Notes: generated from the letters alone by a model not told the origin. A stretch of DNA of 20,000 nucleotides from an uncultured virus (IMG/VR IMGVR_UViG_3300031758_009234) (IMGVR_UViG_3300031758_009234:56910-76909), one strand, 5' to 3'. Counted from the first letter of the stretch, positions 1 through 9,404 are shown. Translations and numbers: made by a program.

Positions 1-88
1 TAATTATGTTCAAAAAGTAGAACATAATGGTAAGAATGTTAAAATTCTTTCTGATAAACAATACGAAGCAGCTAAGATAAATTTCTAA
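1..88 (+). CDS. 3' end of a gene truncated by the window edge (hypothetical)
   Basis: Frame starting at base 2 is open (NYVQKVEHNGKNVKILSDKQYEAAKINF) to TAA at 86-88. Confidence 0.6.
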   Translation, partial: NYVQKVEHNGKNVKILSDKQYEAAKINF

Positions 89-114
89 ACATTATATTCT
101 ACTCAGTATATAAT
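86..114 (+). promoter_or_regulatory. Putative promoter, TAAAC-N17/18-TATAA class
   Basis: TAAAC 86-90, 18-nt spacer, TATAAT 109-114, ATG at 119. Same arrangement at 2423-2450 and 9462-9490. Confidence 0.4.
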
Positions 115-118
115 CAAT

Positions 119-316
119 ATGGAAAATTATATTGAAGATATGAAATTATTAGGAACCGTACACTCTCACGGTTCAATAGATGAATATTACCATGTAAGAA
201 TTAAAGATGGTAAACAAACAACATTTGAATTTAGAGTTGTTAAACATACAAAACAGAGAGTGAGTAGTTATAAAATAGATCAATCAGATCTACCAAAATC
301 AATAGAACTTCAATGA
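119..316 (+). CDS. Hypothetical protein, 65 aa
   Basis: ATG-started ORF with ATGA overlap into the next gene. Confidence 0.7.
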   Translation: MENYIEDMKLLGTVHSHGSIDEYYHVRIKDGKQTTFEFRVVKHTKQRVSSYKIDQSDLPKSIELQ

Positions 317-729
317 GAGTAGGATTTACATGTTCTTGCTTTGACCTTTTTCATGCTGGTCATATTATGATGTTGAAAGAAGCTAAATCAATTTGCGATT
401 ATTTAATTGTTGGATTACAAACAGATCCTACAATAGATAGACCAGAAAAGAATAAACCAATACAAAGTGTTGTTGAAAGATTTATTCAATTAGAGGCTTG
501 TAAATATGTAGATGAAGTTGTTGTTTACGCAACTGAAAAAGACTTACTAGATATTCTTTATTCTTATCCGATTAATGTTAGAATAGTTGGAGAAGAATAT
601 AAAGATAAAGACTTCACAGGTAAAGATCTATCACACATAGAAATGTATTACAACTCTAGAAAACATTCATTCTCAACAACCGAACTAAGAGGTAGAGTTA
701 TCGAAAGATATAAAAGTGATAAAAAATAA
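313..729 (+). CDS. Cytidylyltransferase-family nucleotidyltransferase (glycerol-3-phosphate cytidylyltransferase/TagD-like)
   Basis: FDLFHAGH (HxGH motif), LIVGL, CKYVDEV, C-terminal STT; 138 aa is typical for the family. Confidence 0.88.
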   Translation: MRVGFTCSCFDLFHAGHIMMLKEAKSICDYLIVGLQTDPTIDRPEKNKPIQSVVERFIQLEACKYVDEVVVYATEKDLLDILYSYPINVRIVGEEYKDKDFTGKDLSHIEMYYNSRKHSFSTTELRGRVIERYKSDKK

Positions 730-751
730 TATTATTTTATTAATTTTTCCG

Positions 752-759
752 TATTTTTG
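752..759 (+). promoter_or_regulatory. Bacteroidota-type -7 promoter element (TAnnTTTG)
   Basis: TATTTTTG in an intergenic gap, 4 nt before the ATG at 764. Confidence 0.55.
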
Positions 760-763
760 TAAA

Positions 764-865
764 ATGAAATTTGAACGTGTTAAAAAAATCATACAAAAAA
801 TAGATTGGATTTGGGTATTCTTTCCCATTTACTATTATTGGAAAGATATAGATGATTTAACTTAA
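764..865 (+). CDS. Small aromatic-rich protein, 33 aa (not in the ORF track)
   Basis: MKFERVKKIIQKIDWIWVFFPIYYYWKDIDDLT*; fills the gap between the promoter element and the RNA ligase. Confidence 0.5.
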   Translation: MKFERVKKIIQKIDWIWVFFPIYYYWKDIDDLT

Positions 866-882
866 CTTAAAATTTTAATAAG

Positions 883-2106
883 ATGTACAATATACCAACA
901 TATAACGAAGCTGTCAAACTAACTCAAGGTAAAAGATATGTACCTGAGATAGATCAATATTTAGACGCTGCTTTCTACGAGGCTAAACTTGTAGTTGATG
1001 GGTATAATGTATCTATATTCAACTATCGTTTAGCAACTTACAATGACTTTAAATACAACGATGCTTTTGAATTAAGAGGTTTAGTTTACGTCTTTAATGA
1101 AGATGGTTCTGTGTATAAATCATATAGATTGTTACATAAATTTTTCAACTTAAACCAAGTTGAAGAAACTCAATACTCTTTAGTAAAAGATCGAGTTGTT
1201 AAATCTGTTTTCAATAAAGAAGATGGTTCTATTGGTTCTTTCATAAAATTACCAAACGGAAATGTTGTTGCTAAATCTAAAATGTCTTTTGAATCAGACC
1301 AAGCTTATGGTATGAACAAAATATACAACTCTAACGCAGATATAAAAAGATTTGTTGATTGGTCATTAGATAACGATTTAGTTGCTGTATTTGAGTATGT
1401 GGCTCCACACAACCGTATAGTTTTAAAATATGATAAAGAAGAATTAATCTTATTAAGATTAAGAAGAAACTCTACTGGTGAATACTTAAACCTCCACGAT
1501 TATTCAGATGTTATAGGTGATTTAAAAACTGCTGAGTCTTTTGATCTATCATTAGATGAATTGGTTGAATTGGCTAAAACTGTTGAAGGTGTTGAAGGTT
1601 GGGTAGTTGACTTAGATGGTTTATTTGTTAAAATAAAAACTGTTTGGTATTGTGAAAGACATGGTCTTTTAACAGAAGACTTGTATCGTGAAAACATACT
1701 AGTTAAATACATATTAGATGATAAAATAGATGATGTCTTAGGTCAAATCCCAGAAGATGAAAAAGAAGCACACGCTCGTATAGAAAAAATAATAGCGGCT
1801 GTCTCTAAGGCAGTTAAAATGAAAGTTGATTCTATATTAGAAGATTGGAAAGTGTTTCAAACTATGGCTGATGGTAAAGATTGGACTGGTGATTTAAAAG
1901 ATCAACTAATGAGAAAGTCTTATGCTATGAAGTATAAGAAAACTAAAAATTTTGGAGCTGTGATGTCTATGGCGAAAGGTAACGATGTCTATGATATAGT
2001 TACTGAACAAATAGCTAAGGAAACTTTTAGATTACAAAATGCGAGAGCGTTTTTATTTCAAATAGATCCAACTCTAAACTTTAAAGATGGTGAAATAGAA
2101 GATTAA
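883..2106 (+). CDS. rnlA: T4 Rnl1-family RNA ligase
   Basis: Nucleotidyltransferase motif I KEDGS, plus ELRGL, HKFFN, FEYVAPHNRIV, EGWVV and KIKT motifs characteristic of T4 RNA ligase 1 homologues. Confidence 0.9.
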   Translation: MYNIPTYNEAVKLTQGKRYVPEIDQYLDAAFYEAKLVVDGYNVSIFNYRLATYNDFKYNDAFELRGLVYVFNEDGSVYKSYRLLHKFFNLNQVEETQYSLVKDRVVKSVFNKEDGSIGSFIKLPNGNVVAKSKMSFESDQAYGMNKIYNSNADIKRFVDWSLDNDLVAVFEYVAPHNRIVLKYDKEELILLRLRRNSTGEYLNLHDYSDVIGDLKTAESFDLSLDELVELAKTVEGVEGWVVDLDGLFVKIKTVWYCERHGLLTEDLYRENILVKYILDDKIDDVLGQIPEDEKEAHARIEKIIAAVSKAVKMKVDSILEDWKVFQTMADGKDWTGDLKDQLMRKSYAMKYKKTKNFGAVMSMAKGNDVYDIVTEQIAKETFRLQNARAFLFQIDPTLNFKDGEIED

Positions 2107-2126
2107 GGGAGGTGAAATATCCTCTC
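2107..2126. terminator. Weak hairpin between convergent genes
   Basis: GGGAGG-TGAAATAT-CCTCTC fills the whole gap between the stops at 2106 (+) and 2127 (-); includes one G-U pair and has no clear U-tract. Confidence 0.35.
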
Positions 2127-2411
2127 TTAAAAACTTCTAAAATCTTTTACACCACCTATATTCTGTAAAATTGGTGAGCTATTTTTAATTGATGGTTTGG
2201 AACTAACTGTAATCACATCATCTAAACCTAAACTAGACTTCATCAAGTCTGGATACTTTGTAAAGTAATCCGTTAAGAATTTAATATTCTCTTCCTCTGA
2301 TTTATCATTATCCCAAAGATGTCCAAGATTTTGTTTATTTGTTTCAATATAATCAACAACTTCTTTATTAATAACTGGATTCCAATTAGACCACTCAACT
2401 ATATACTTCAT
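2127..2411 (-). CDS. Hypothetical protein, 94 aa
   Basis: ATG ORF preceded by TTAATATATA 4 nt upstream; starts MKYI. Confidence 0.75.
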   Translation of the reverse strand: MKYIVEWSNWNPVINKEVVDYIETNKQNLGHLWDNDKSEEENIKFLTDYFTKYPDLMKSSLGLDDVITVSSKPSIKNSSPILQNIGGVKDFRSF

Positions 2412-2415
2412 ATTT

Positions 2416-2425
2416 TATATATTAA
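2416..2425 (-). promoter_or_regulatory. Putative phage late-type promoter TTAATATATA
   Basis: Exact 10-mer, 4 nt upstream of the ATG at 2411; recurs upstream of five other genes. Confidence 0.65.
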
Positions 2426-2454
2426 ACTTTCAATATTGAAATTCTATAAATGAT

Positions 2455-3321
2455 ATGAACACATTATATGGGATGGTTACACTTAAAGTAACCAATGAAT
2501 ATGCGGATAAAGCGGTTGATTCATTTTTGAGAAATACTTATTTAGAACCAGGTGACAGATTTATAATGATTGATAATGATGGTGATTTTAAATCAAATTG
2601 GAATAATGGTAGAATAAAAGAAGAAGATATTATAGTAAATAGTAAAATTGAAAATTTTTCTCATAACATGAATATTCTTATGAGAATTGCGGTTGAAGAA
2701 GAAAAAAACCTTATCTTCATGAGTAATGATGTTATCTTTACTCCAAATTGGTCAAAGTTATTGGGGAATAGTGATTATATACTAACTGTTCCATCTTGTA
2801 ATCAAACACATACCGATTTGGGAATACCTGGATTTTTATCACTAAATGACTTTAATGAAAGATATGATATACTAAATCAGATATCAGAACACGTTAATAA
2901 ACAACCATCTTACTTTCAAAGAATGCTAATGGCTTTTTATGTTTGTAGAATACCACTAAAGATAATAAAAGAAGTTGGTGAGTATGATGAAATGTTTACC
3001 GTTGGTGGTGAAGATGTTGATTATAGACTAAGATGTTTAATGAAAGGTTTTGGTGTCACTTATACACCATCATTCCTATTACATTTTAATGGAAAATCTT
3101 CTTGGAATGGAGTTGAAAATACACAACAAATAAAAGAAAGAGAATATAAGTACACAATGCAATTTATATCTAAATGGGGATTAGATTTAAAAGATCTTTG
3201 TTTAGTTAATACTGATGTTATGAGAGTTGTAAATAAATATAACCTATACAACTTTATGAACGAAGGTAACTATAATGGTTTACTATTATATGTCATAAAT
3301 AAAACAAGTATGTCAAAATGA
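2455..3321 (+). CDS. Family 2 glycosyltransferase (GT-A fold)
   Basis: IMIDND, NFSHNMN, FMSNDV, IKEVGEYDE, GGEDVDYRLR and LLHF match rhamnosyltransferase-like GT2 motifs. Confidence 0.8.
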   Translation: MNTLYGMVTLKVTNEYADKAVDSFLRNTYLEPGDRFIMIDNDGDFKSNWNNGRIKEEDIIVNSKIENFSHNMNILMRIAVEEEKNLIFMSNDVIFTPNWSKLLGNSDYILTVPSCNQTHTDLGIPGFLSLNDFNERYDILNQISEHVNKQPSYFQRMLMAFYVCRIPLKIIKEVGEYDEMFTVGGEDVDYRLRCLMKGFGVTYTPSFLLHFNGKSSWNGVENTQQIKEREYKYTMQFISKWGLDLKDLCLVNTDVMRVVNKYNLYNFMNEGNYNGLLLYVINKTSMSK

Positions 3322-3350
3322 CATATAAATTAAAGTGGCACACAATTTGA
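3309..3350 (+). promoter_or_regulatory. Inverted repeat plus sigma54-like promoter upstream of dnaK
   Basis: TATGTCA-AAA-TGACATA perfect 7-bp inverted repeat (3309-3325), then TGGCAC-ACAAT-TTGA (3336-3350) versus the sigma54 consensus TGGCAC-N5-TTGC. Confidence 0.5.
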
Positions 3351-3380
3351 CAATGTATAAATAAAAAACAAAAATAAAAT

Positions 3381-5261
3381 ATGGCAAAAGACGTAATTAT
3401 TGGAATTGACTTAGGAACAACTAACTCGTGTGTAGCAGTAGTTGAAGGTGGTGAACCAATCGTAATCAGTAATGCTGAAGGTAAAAGAACAACTCCTTCT
3501 ATTATTTCATTTACAGAAAATGATAGAAAGATTGGTGATCCAGCAAAAAGACAAGCGGTTACTAACCCTAAAAAAACTATCTACTCAATTAAAAGATTTA
3601 TTGGTAAAGATTTTAATGTTTGTAAAGATGAGGTAACTAGAGTACCTTATGAAGTAGTTTCAAACGGAGCTAATGTACCTACTGTTAAAATCGATGATAG
3701 AAATTATACTCCACAGGAGTTATCAGCAATGATTCTTCAAAAGATGAAGAAAACAGCTGAAGATTATTTAGGATATGAAGTGAAAAGAGCGGTTATTACC
3801 GTACCAGCTTACTTCGGTGATGCTGAGAGAACTGCAACTATTGAGGCTGGTGAAATCGCTGGTTTAAAAGTTGAAAGAATTATCAACGAACCTACAGCAG
3901 CGGCTTTAGCGTATGGTTTAGATAAGAAAAACACAGACTCTAAAATTTTAGTATTTGACTGTGGTGGTGGTACTCATGACGTTTCTGTGTTAGAGATTGG
4001 TGATGGTGTATTTGAAGTAAAATCTACTGACGGTGATACTCACTTAGGTGGTGACGACTTTGATAATGCAATTATTACTTGGATGGTTGAAGAATTCAAA
4101 TCTGAAAACTCTATGGATTTATCAAAAGATCCTATGGCTTTACAAAGATTGAAAGATGCGGCTGAAAAAGCTAAAATTGAATTATCTTCTACATCTGAAA
4201 GTGAAATTAACTTACCTTACATCACAGCTAGAGACGGAATGCCTCTTCACTTTGTTAAGAAATTAACTAAGGCTAAATTTGAACAATTAACTTCATCTTT
4301 AGTTGATAGAGCTATCAGTTGTGCTAAATCAGCTTTGAAAAACGCAGGTTTAAAACCAGCTGATATTGACGAAGTTATCTTAGTAGGTGGTTCTACAAGA
4401 ATTCCAGCAATTCAAGATGCTATTGAAAGTTATATTGGTAAGAAACCAAACAAATCCGTGAACCCTGATGAAGTTGTTGCTTTAGGTGCGGCTATTCAAG
4501 GAGCTGTTTTAACCGGTGGTATTACTGACGTTTTACTTTTAGATGTTACTCCACTTTCTTTAGGTATTGAAACAATGGGTGGTGTGTTTACTAAATTAAT
4601 TGAAGCAAACACTACTATTCCAACTAAGAAAAGTGAAACATTCTCAACAGCATCCGATAATCAACCTTCAGTAGAATTACACGTTTTACAAGGTGAAAGA
4701 GCGATGGCTAAAGACAACCGAACTTTAGGTCGTTTCCACTTAGATGGTATCATGCCAGCTCCAAGAGGAATTCCTCAAATCGAGGTGACTTTTGATATAG
4801 ATGCTAATGGTATCTTATCTGTACACGCTAAAGATAAGGCAACTGGTAAAGAAAATAAAATCCGTATCGAAGGTGGTTCTCAATTAACTAAAGAAGAAAT
4901 TGAGAAAATGAAAGCTGAGGCTGAGGCAAATGCTGAAGCAGATGCTAAAGAAAGAGAGTTAGTTGATAAAATAAACTCAGCAGACTCAATGATTTTCCAA
5001 ACCGAAAAACAAATTAAAGAGTTTGATGAAAAATTAACAGCTGATGATAAGAATGCTTTGAACGCTGACCTTGACGAATTGAAGAAAGCTCATTCCGATA
5101 AAGATGTTCAAAGAATTGATGAATCAATCAGTAAGTTAAACTCGACTTGGAATACAATTTCAACTAAGTTGTATGAACAAAGTCAAACTGAACAAACAAC
5201 AGAAAATACTTCCAGTGGTAATGATGGAGTAGATGATGTTGATTTTGAAGAAGTAAAATAA
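3381..5261 (+). CDS. dnaK: Chaperone DnaK (Hsp70)
   Basis: [59 protein letters not shown] linker, C-terminal DVDFEEVK. Confidence 0.98.
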   Translation: MAKDVIIGIDLGTTNSCVAVVEGGEPIVISNAEGKRTTPSIISFTENDRKIGDPAKRQAVTNPKKTIYSIKRFIGKDFNVCKDEVTRVPYEVVSNGANVPTVKIDDRNYTPQELSAMILQKMKKTAEDYLGYEVKRAVITVPAYFGDAERTATIEAGEIAGLKVERIINEPTAAALAYGLDKKNTDSKILVFDCGGGTHDVSVLEIGDGVFEVKSTDGDTHLGGDDFDNAIITWMVEEFKSENSMDLSKDPMALQRLKDAAEKAKIELSSTSESEINLPYITARDGMPLHFVKKLTKAKFEQLTSSLVDRAISCAKSALKNAGLKPADIDEVILVGGSTRIPAIQDAIESYIGKKPNKSVNPDEVVALGAAIQGAVLTGGITDVLLLDVTPLSLGIETMGGVFTKLIEANTTIPTKKSETFSTASDNQPSVELHVLQGERAMAKDNRTLGRFHLDGIMPAPRGIPQIEVTFDIDANGILSVHAKDKATGKENKIRIEGGSQLTKEEIEKMKAEAEANAEADAKERELVDKINSADSMIFQTEKQIKEFDEKLTADDKNALNADLDELKKAHSDKDVQRIDESISKLNSTWNTISTKLYEQSQTEQTTENTSSGNDGVDDVDFEEVK

Positions 5262-5264
5262 TTT

Positions 5265-5296
5265 AAAAAAGTCCTTGAGAAATCAAGGACTTTTTT
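5265..5296 (+). terminator. Rho-independent terminator after dnaK
   Basis: AAAAAA-GTCCTTGA-GAAA-TCAAGGAC-TTTTTT. Confidence 0.9.
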
Positions 5297-5320
5297 ATTA
5301 TATTTATATAAAATTATTAT

Positions 5321-5710
5321 ATGGAAACAAGAACCGCTAAATTAGCAGCAACCGCTCTTATCTTTAACGAAGATAAATCTAAACTATTAGGTGTATCAAG
5401 AAAAGATGATACAACTAAATTTGGATTACCTGGAGGTAAAGTAGATGTTGGTGAAACATTATATGACGCTTTAGTTAGAGAATTAAAAGAAGAAACAGGA
5501 TTAGATGTAAACTCAGCAAAACCAATTTTCTTTAGAGAAGATGGTGATTTTGTTGCTGTTGTTTATTTAGTAACTGATTGGTCTGGTGAAGTTTCAACAA
5601 CCGAAAAGGGAGTTGTTAAGTGGATTACTTTTGAGGATTTAAAACACGGTGCTTTTTCTGAATATAATACTATGTTAGAAGAACATTTAAGGTTTATCAA
5701 ACTTTTATAA
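5321..5710 (+). CDS. NUDIX hydrolase (MutT-like)
   Basis: Nudix box [24 protein letters not shown]. Confidence 0.93.
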   Translation: METRTAKLAATALIFNEDKSKLLGVSRKDDTTKFGLPGGKVDVGETLYDALVRELKEETGLDVNSAKPIFFREDGDFVAVVYLVTDWSGEVSTTEKGVVKWITFEDLKHGAFSEYNTMLEEHLRFIKLL

Positions 5711-5718
5711 TAAAAAAT

Positions 5719-5728
5719 TTAATATATA
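5719..5728 (+). promoter_or_regulatory. Putative phage late-type promoter TTAATATATA
   Basis: Exact 10-mer, 21 nt upstream of the ATG at 5750. Confidence 0.6.
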
Positions 5729-5749
5729 ATAAAAAATTATTATATTTAC

Positions 5750-6244
5750 ATGAAATACATCAAAAGATTTAAAGTCAACGAAAATATGAGCGGTAAGAAA
5801 ATTGTTTACGTAGATATGGACGACACTCTTTGTGATTTTACAGGTCCTTTTAGAAGTGGTCAACAAAATACAGAGGCTTCAGAGGATGAACCAATTAGAA
5901 AGTGGCCTCAGTCAAAAGTTGGTTTTTTCTTAGGTTTACAACCACTACCAGGAGCAATCGAAGGAATGAATACCTTGATGTCTAAGTATGATGTTTGGAT
6001 TTTAACTAGACCATCTATTAAAAACATTCACTGTTATACCGAAAAAGCTGAATGGATTAAGAAATATTTTGGTGAAAAAATGTTAGAGAATATGATTATT
6101 TGTCCAAATAAATCCCTTGTTAAAGGAGACTACTTAATTGATGATGATACAAGACATGGTCAAGTTGAATTTGAAGGAGAACATATTCATTTTGGTAAGG
6201 AAAAATTTCCTAATTGGGATTCAGTTATAGAATACTTAATGTAA
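5750..6244 (+). CDS. 5'(3')-deoxyribonucleotidase (NT5C-type HAD) with a short N-terminal extension
   Basis: VYVDMDDTL (HAD motif I), PLPGAIE, EKAEW, KSLVKGDYLIDD, FPNW; leader MKYIKRFKVNEN precedes a second Met. Confidence 0.88.
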   Translation: MKYIKRFKVNENMSGKKIVYVDMDDTLCDFTGPFRSGQQNTEASEDEPIRKWPQSKVGFFLGLQPLPGAIEGMNTLMSKYDVWILTRPSIKNIHCYTEKAEWIKKYFGEKMLENMIICPNKSLVKGDYLIDDDTRHGQVEFEGEHIHFGKEKFPNWDSVIEYLM

Positions 6245-6456
6245 TGTTTATTTATTGTATAAATAATCGAGGTTTGGAGAAATATCTAACCATCAATAAA
6301 AAATATGAAAATATTGAAGATTTTGTAGAAATTGATGAAGATTTTAACTGGTATAGAATTATCAATGATAAAAACATATCAGGAACATATGATAAATCAA
6401 GATTTGTGACAGTTGATAAGTGGAGAGAAATTCAATTAAATAAATTATTAAAATAA
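6244..6456 (+). CDS. Small hypothetical protein (70 aa) with conserved C-terminal tail; paralog of 14335..14559
   Basis: Start moved to the ATG at 6244 (TAATG overlap with the upstream stop); YCINN..LTINKKYE..WREIQLNKLLK. Confidence 0.75.
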   Translation: MFIYCINNRGLEKYLTINKKYENIEDFVEIDEDFNWYRIINDKNISGTYDKSRFVTVDKWREIQLNKLLK

Positions 6457-6488
6457 AAAAACCCAACTTTTTCAAGTTGGGTTTTTTT
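6455..6488. terminator. Bidirectional rho-independent terminator
   Basis: A7-CCCAACTT-TTTC-AAGTTGGG-T7 between convergent genes. Confidence 0.9.
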
Positions 6489-6494
6489 CATTTA

Positions 6495-7829
6495 TTACCA
6501 TTCATCATCATCATCATCTCCATCGCCATAAGAATCATCTTCACCATATCCTTCCCACGTACCATCAGTATGTTGACAATATCTAATTCTATCTTCATTT
6601 AAACCTTCAATATCGCTATCGTTAGCAGCTTTATTATTTTCAACATCAATACAATACATAGTATCCATATAAGGATACATATCAAACTCAGCTCTATCTA
6701 AATCACAAACAATATCTGGTCTAGTAATCGTTCTTGATCCATTAGAAATATCTCTACCCCCGTATCCTTGATTTGTTTTATAAAAGAATCCTTCTTTTTC
6801 AGCGAATTGTTTGAATAATTCCGTATCACTTTCATAAGCTGTGTAAATTCTATCCATAAAATCTACTTTTTCACCATTGACAGTACAGTTTCTCCAAAGA
6901 ATTGCTCTACCTTTAATTTTATTAGATTGATAAACACCATCAACAACTTCACCTTCATCCGAATAAAGTATAACTAATTCAACATTTTCATTATCACAAT
7001 AAATTGCTAACTTTGTTCTACTAGCACTTTTCATACAAGAATTATTTAATGAACCACCACCACTTACATATCTCAAACCATTATACCAGTGATAAATTTG
7101 ATCACCTTTAACAATTGAGAATTGTCTTAAAGCATCTGCTGCAAAGTCAAATGTTGCTGTAAATTGTTCAACAAATTGAGATAACTCATGATCTGTAAAC
7201 TCTATTTTACCAGCAGTTAAAATAGCTCTCGCCATTCTACCAATTCTCAATGGGTTTCTAGCTGTTGTCCAAATACCATCTAATTCAGGTGCGAATAACT
7301 CTAATCCTTCTTTGTTAATAACAGATACTCTTGGATTTTCTTTATCAGAACCATCTCTGTTAGTTTCTTCAACTTTACAATAAACTTTACCTGAACTTTT
7401 TGAAGTTGTTTCGGTTACAATTTTCATAACTTCTCCAACACCAACAGACCATCTATCACCAGTACCACCCGGCCATGGCTCAGCTTTATTATATTCTAAT
7501 CTCCCGAAGATTGCATCATTTGAGTCACTATGAGTTAAACATTTATTACCTTGGATACATTTCCAAACTACTGGTCTAGCAGCTAATAATTGTTGAACTC
7601 TTCTGTCTGGTGTGAAAGAGAAAGTTTCTCTATCAGTCACATCAATATAGTTTTGTGTAATACCATCAACATCAACTTTATTTAATTTCAATAACTCTTG
7701 AGCAATTCTATTACGAGTCATTCTTTTTAACAAATTAACTAATTTAGGTGAAAAAATCAACACAGATTCGTTGATTAAATCAAAAACTTGTTTCTCTGTT
7801 AAGTATTCATTATATCTTAAAATACTCAT
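6495..7829 (-). CDS. Hypothetical phage protein, 444 aa, with SCM / GRAILW / MDRIY / YPYMDT motifs and an acidic tail
   Basis: Long ORF; the motif series resembles an uncharacterised family I recall from large phages; function not assignable. Confidence 0.8.
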   Translation of the reverse strand: MSILRYNEYLTEKQVFDLINESVLIFSPKLVNLLKRMTRNRIAQELLKLNKVDVDGITQNYIDVTDRETFSFTPDRRVQQLLAARPVVWKCIQGNKCLTHSDSNDAIFGRLEYNKAEPWPGGTGDRWSVGVGEVMKIVTETTSKSSGKVYCKVEETNRDGSDKENPRVSVINKEGLELFAPELDGIWTTARNPLRIGRMARAILTAGKIEFTDHELSQFVEQFTATFDFAADALRQFSIVKGDQIYHWYNGLRYVSGGGSLNNSCMKSASRTKLAIYCDNENVELVILYSDEGEVVDGVYQSNKIKGRAILWRNCTVNGEKVDFMDRIYTAYESDTELFKQFAEKEGFFYKTNQGYGGRDISNGSRTITRPDIVCDLDRAEFDMYPYMDTMYCIDVENNKAANDSDIEGLNEDRIRYCQHTDGTWEGYGEDDSYGDGDDDDDEW

Positions 7830-7851
7830 CCTTAAAAATTTCTTTTTTTTG

Positions 7852-7861
7852 TATATATTAA
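7852..7861 (-). promoter_or_regulatory. Putative phage late-type promoter TTAATATATA
   Basis: Exact 10-mer, 22 nt upstream of the ATG at 7829. Confidence 0.6.
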
Positions 7862-7895
7862 TTTTTTATCATGAAAAAATAAAAATATATACATT

Positions 7896-8135
7896 ATGAA
7901 AAGAAAAGTGGCTAAAATAATAGAAATATTGGGTATAGGTCTAACAGAAATTGTTATTGACTTAGATACTAGTTTAGGTACTTTTAATTCAATAGAGTGG
8001 TCTAAATCAGAGAATAAAGTTTGGCTTCATATGTTTCATGAAGATGATATACAAATATCATTTGATTTTGATGATCTAGACAAAATAGACAAATCTATGG
8101 TTTATACATTATTAGCTTCTATAGCTTATAATTAA
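7896..8135 (+). CDS. Hypothetical protein, 79 aa
   Basis: ATG ORF with the variant motif AAAATATATA 4 nt upstream; stop overlaps the stop of the convergent gene (TTAA). Confidence 0.7.
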   Translation: MKRKVAKIIEILGIGLTEIVIDLDTSLGTFNSIEWSKSENKVWLHMFHEDDIQISFDFDDLDKIDKSMVYTLLASIAYN

Positions 8136-8635
8136 ATTCCTCTATTACCTCTTTCTTTTTCTAAATAAGCTTTAACATCTTCCCAAGTTACTCCACCAGG
8201 ATTACTAGTTAATTTATCAGCATTACCTTTTGGTTTTTCTTCTTGTTTTTTTAGTTCGTTATTTTTAACTAACTCTTCATATTTCTCATCAATATCTTTA
8301 ATAATAGATCCTAAATAAGCGTCAATTCCTTTTTGGTTAAGAATACTCTTATCAAAATCAACTACAAACTCTTCGAAAGTATCACCATAATAAATACCCA
8401 TAACCGGTTCCATAATATAATGATCTGTGTAAAATCTTATATTTCCAATTCGACCTTGCGCGTAAATAGTTGTTTTATAATTACCATTATAAGATTGAGA
8501 AAATCGATCTTGATCATTAAAAACTCTTTGACCATTTTTTTCAACGGTTGGTACAAAACCTAAATTAACTTGAAAGTATTTAGATCTTTTTATCTCTTGT
8601 AAGATTGTAAAGTTTGTTACTATATTTATTTCCAT
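8132..8635 (-). CDS. Hypothetical protein, 167 aa
   Basis: ATG ORF with the variant motif TAAATAAATA 4 nt upstream. Confidence 0.8.
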   Translation of the reverse strand: MEINIVTNFTILQEIKRSKYFQVNLGFVPTVEKNGQRVFNDQDRFSQSYNGNYKTTIYAQGRIGNIRFYTDHYIMEPVMGIYYGDTFEEFVVDFDKSILNQKGIDAYLGSIIKDIDEKYEELVKNNELKKQEEKPKGNADKLTSNPGGVTWEDVKAYLEKERGNRGI

Positions 8636-8669
8636 GAATTATTTATTTAAAAATAAAATTTCCCTAAAC

Positions 8670-8695
8670 AAAAAAATCACCATTTAGGTGATTTT
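8670..8695 (-). terminator. Rho-independent terminator for 8698..9390
   Basis: On the - strand AAAATCACC-TAAAT-GGTGATTTT-TTT, immediately after the stop. Confidence 0.75.
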
Positions 8696-8697
8696 AT

Positions 8698-9390
8698 TTA
8701 TTCTGTTTCGTATTCTAATCCTTTATTTTCTCCATACTTATCATCAAAATCTGATTTTAAGAATTCTAAAAATTCAAGTAATGACATTTTTTCACTTTCT
8801 GGTGTTTCTTCTTGAGTAGGAGCTTCTTGTTGATTTTGACCTTGAGCAGGAGCTTGAGCGGCAGGCTTTTTATTTAGACTTAATTTAAACTCACCATCTT
8901 CCTTTTCTATATTAACATTATGTGTTGTTTGACCAATTAAATCAATTTCATCTACACCATATTTCTTAAACTTAACATACATTTTTGTTATATCATCACT
9001 TGAAAAATCAGCATTTGGATCTTTTGGTATACCATCTTTTATATTAATAGAAATATAAAGATTATAAACACCATCACCATCAGAGTATTTAACTGTTAAT
9101 GAATCGTCTGTTTGTGAATAAACTGATATTTCAGAACTATGTAGTTTAACTCCTTGTTCTGAAAGGCTAACAACACGTTTCTTACTTTTTTTATTTGAAT
9201 TTTCTTTAGCTTGATTAATTGATATATTCTCTTCTTCTGTTTCATCAACATTATCTTCATTAAATAAATCATCAACAGCTTTTTTTAACTCCATTAATTT
9301 ACCTTTGATGTAAGTTTCAGGTGTATCGTTTGCTTCATTAATTTTGTTTTCATTAACAAAATCAGAATATCTTAATATTTTACTTTTCAT
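8698..9390 (-). CDS. Hypothetical acidic protein, 230 aa; possible virion-internal protein
   Basis: Leader MKSKILRYSDFVNENKINE; low-complexity PAAQAPAQGQNQQEAPTQEE linker. Confidence 0.8.
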   Translation of the reverse strand: MKSKILRYSDFVNENKINEANDTPETYIKGKLMELKKAVDDLFNEDNVDETEEENISINQAKENSNKKSKKRVVSLSEQGVKLHSSEISVYSQTDDSLTVKYSDGDGVYNLYISINIKDGIPKDPNADFSSDDITKMYVKFKKYGVDEIDLIGQTTHNVNIEKEDGEFKLSLNKKPAAQAPAQGQNQQEAPTQEETPESEKMSLLEFLEFLKSDFDDKYGENKGLEYETE

Positions 9391-9394
9391 ACTT

Positions 9395-9404
9395 TATATA
9401 TTAA
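9395..9404 (-). promoter_or_regulatory. Putative phage late-type promoter TTAATATATA
   Basis: Exact 10-mer, 4 nt upstream of the ATG at 9390. Confidence 0.65.

Noticed and set aside
3356..3363. Exact T4 late promoter TATAAATA upstream of dnaK
   Set aside because: Single instance of an all-AT 8-mer in very AT-rich DNA; the recurrent motif in this window is TTAATATATA
6214..6243. Upstream TTG start for the 6214..6456 ORF
   Set aside because: The ATG at 6244 gives a TAATG stop-start overlap and matches the start of paralog 14335..14559
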